Shown piece after piece: positions 18,677-20,000 of a stretch of DNA of 20,000 nt. A program made the translations under genes and the position numbers. The stretch comes from Piedraia hortae CBS 480.64 (Eukaryota), in NCBI GenBank assembly GCA_010093745.1, contig MU006026.1, positions 48,461-68,460 on the forward strand. Reading direction: 5' to 3'. Position 1 is the stretch's first letter, and each line of letters starts with the position of its first letter. Below the pieces are notes generated by a model. The model had not been told where the DNA came from, did not search any database, and saw nothing but the letters and a program-made list of their open reading frames with translations.

Positions 18677-19596
18677 TCATTCTTGCACCTCACTGCTACT
18701 CGTCACGATCGAGCACGTACCCACCCGTACACCCGGCACATCCTCGTTCCACAAATCCCGGGTATACCCTGTCGAGAGGTAGACATCAATTCGGTCCGAA
18801 AGCCAAACAATCATCGGAACAAGCTCACGTCTCGTCTTCACGATAACATCCCTTTCCATATTCGCGCGCGAAATCATCTCCGGCAAGGACACTACACGAT
18901 CAAAAGTTAGAGGGTTGCTTCGCAAGGTGGGGGGTGTGTGTGTGCGGGCAAAACGAACCTAGGAGACGGAGGAGATGCTCGCAGCCGTAGTAGTCAGAAG
19001 CCTGTGCACCGAGGTAGTTGTGACGAAAGTAAATATATTGACGACGTTCCTCGCGGTAGAGGAGGGCGCGGCCTAGGGCGCTGTTGAAGAGGTCTTTGAT
19101 TCCGGAGATAACTTCTTTCATGTCGCTGATCGCTCGGTCCGAGTCACTATCGGGGGTGTCGCTTCTGACTCGTTGGTGAGATGCTGTCGCCCAGGTTTCA
19201 TAGTCGTGGAGGAAGTTTGAGACTGGGGTGGGTGAGGGGAGATATGCGACAAGTTCACCTTTGGTTATCTTCTCCCAGTCGTCTACTAATAGGAGTTTGA
19301 GGTTGTCGGGCATGAAGGGTTTCATTTTTGGGCCTGCCTGTTGATTCTTTGAGTACAAATCTCAAGGGTTCGGGGGTTCTACGTACGGGAATCTCGTGGC
19401 TAACGCCGTTGGTAACACCATTGGTTAATTGGTCAGTAGATGACTGCCTCGCTGCAGATGTTACGGTAGGCCTGTTAGATGTGGCAGTGGGCCGGTTTTT
19501 AGTCGACGAAGCCGCTGCAGCTGCTGCCCTGGTGCTGGCCCTGACTACACGCGTAGAGCGGCGCTGAGGCATATCCTCACCGTTGGCGGGACTCAT
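18677..19596 (-). CDS. MRG-domain protein (Eaf3/MRG15-like), ~267 aa, no chromodomain visible; exons 19596..19387, 19337..18959, 18891..18677
   Basis: MRG motifs PDNLKLLLVDDWEKITK, LPSPTPV, EVISGIKDLFNSALGRALLYREER.QY, YGCEHLLRLL|VSLPE. Introns 19338..19386 (GTACGT...CAG, weak branch site) and 18892..18958 (GTTCGT/CTAAC/TAG) restore the frame. Start codon uncertain (19596 or 19572). Confidence 0.85.
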
Positions 19597-20000
19597 GATT
19601 CCGTTCAGTATGTCTTGATGGTCAAATGGGTGTGCTTGTTTTTGTGGTGAGGCGACTGTATGGTGCGAAAAAGGCAAAAAGTTGCGTTTACTACGCTGAG
19701 AGCGAAATGCGCTCTAATTCGCCCAATTTGGGTCGCGCACGGACGAAGGCAACTCTAGATGGCTACGCACTGGATTTTAATTTCAATGTTCCTTTTGTCG
19801 CTTCAAGTCGCACGGCTTGGTCAATGGTTTGTCTCGGTCAAGTCGCGTAAGTGTAGACTCTGTTTGTTATTGAGCCCCAAGGAGTTTGCTTCAACGATGT
19901 GCCCCGCACTGACACTTCGAGACCAATGAACCCTGCGTGGATGAGCTGGCGGGATATGTATTATAATTGTGAGCAGATGTGTACCTGCATACAAATCTCT

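Noticed and set aside
18929..18944. G-run plus short (GT)n tract in MRG intron 2
   Set aside because: Too short to be a meaningful microsatellite.
1..20000. CRISPR array, tRNA, rRNA, intact transposon or prokaryotic defence system
   Set aside because: Spliced fungal genes throughout; no repeat-spacer periodicity, tRNA boxes, or transposase/RT motifs seen.

Overview
Eukaryotic DNA from a filamentous ascomycete with a compact gene layout (45-67 nt introns, two long intronless genes, a 143-nt intergenic gap); Dothideomycete-like by my impression only. Housekeeping genes: 5'-truncated RAD51, NUP120 (Nup160 family), a VPS9-ankyrin-PX-BAR gene (Vrl1/VARP-like) and the YchF/OLA1 ATPase on +, and a divergent MRG-domain (Eaf3-like) gene with no visible chromodomain on -. 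Between NUP120 and the VPS9 gene is a ~7 kb island with no intact gene: three decayed paralogs of one F-box/LRR family (one inverted), a frameshifted C2H2 zinc-finger relic and a probable NACHT-WD (NLR) relic. OLA1 intron 2 hosts a box C/D snoRNA that looks like an snR69 homolog. Downstream of OLA1 are a candidate 3'UTR intron and an unexplained inverted repeat. All family assignments come from motif recognition by eye; no searches were run. I see no clearly new biological system; the best leads are the pseudogene island, the MRG-only paralog and the RNA-level features around OLA1.
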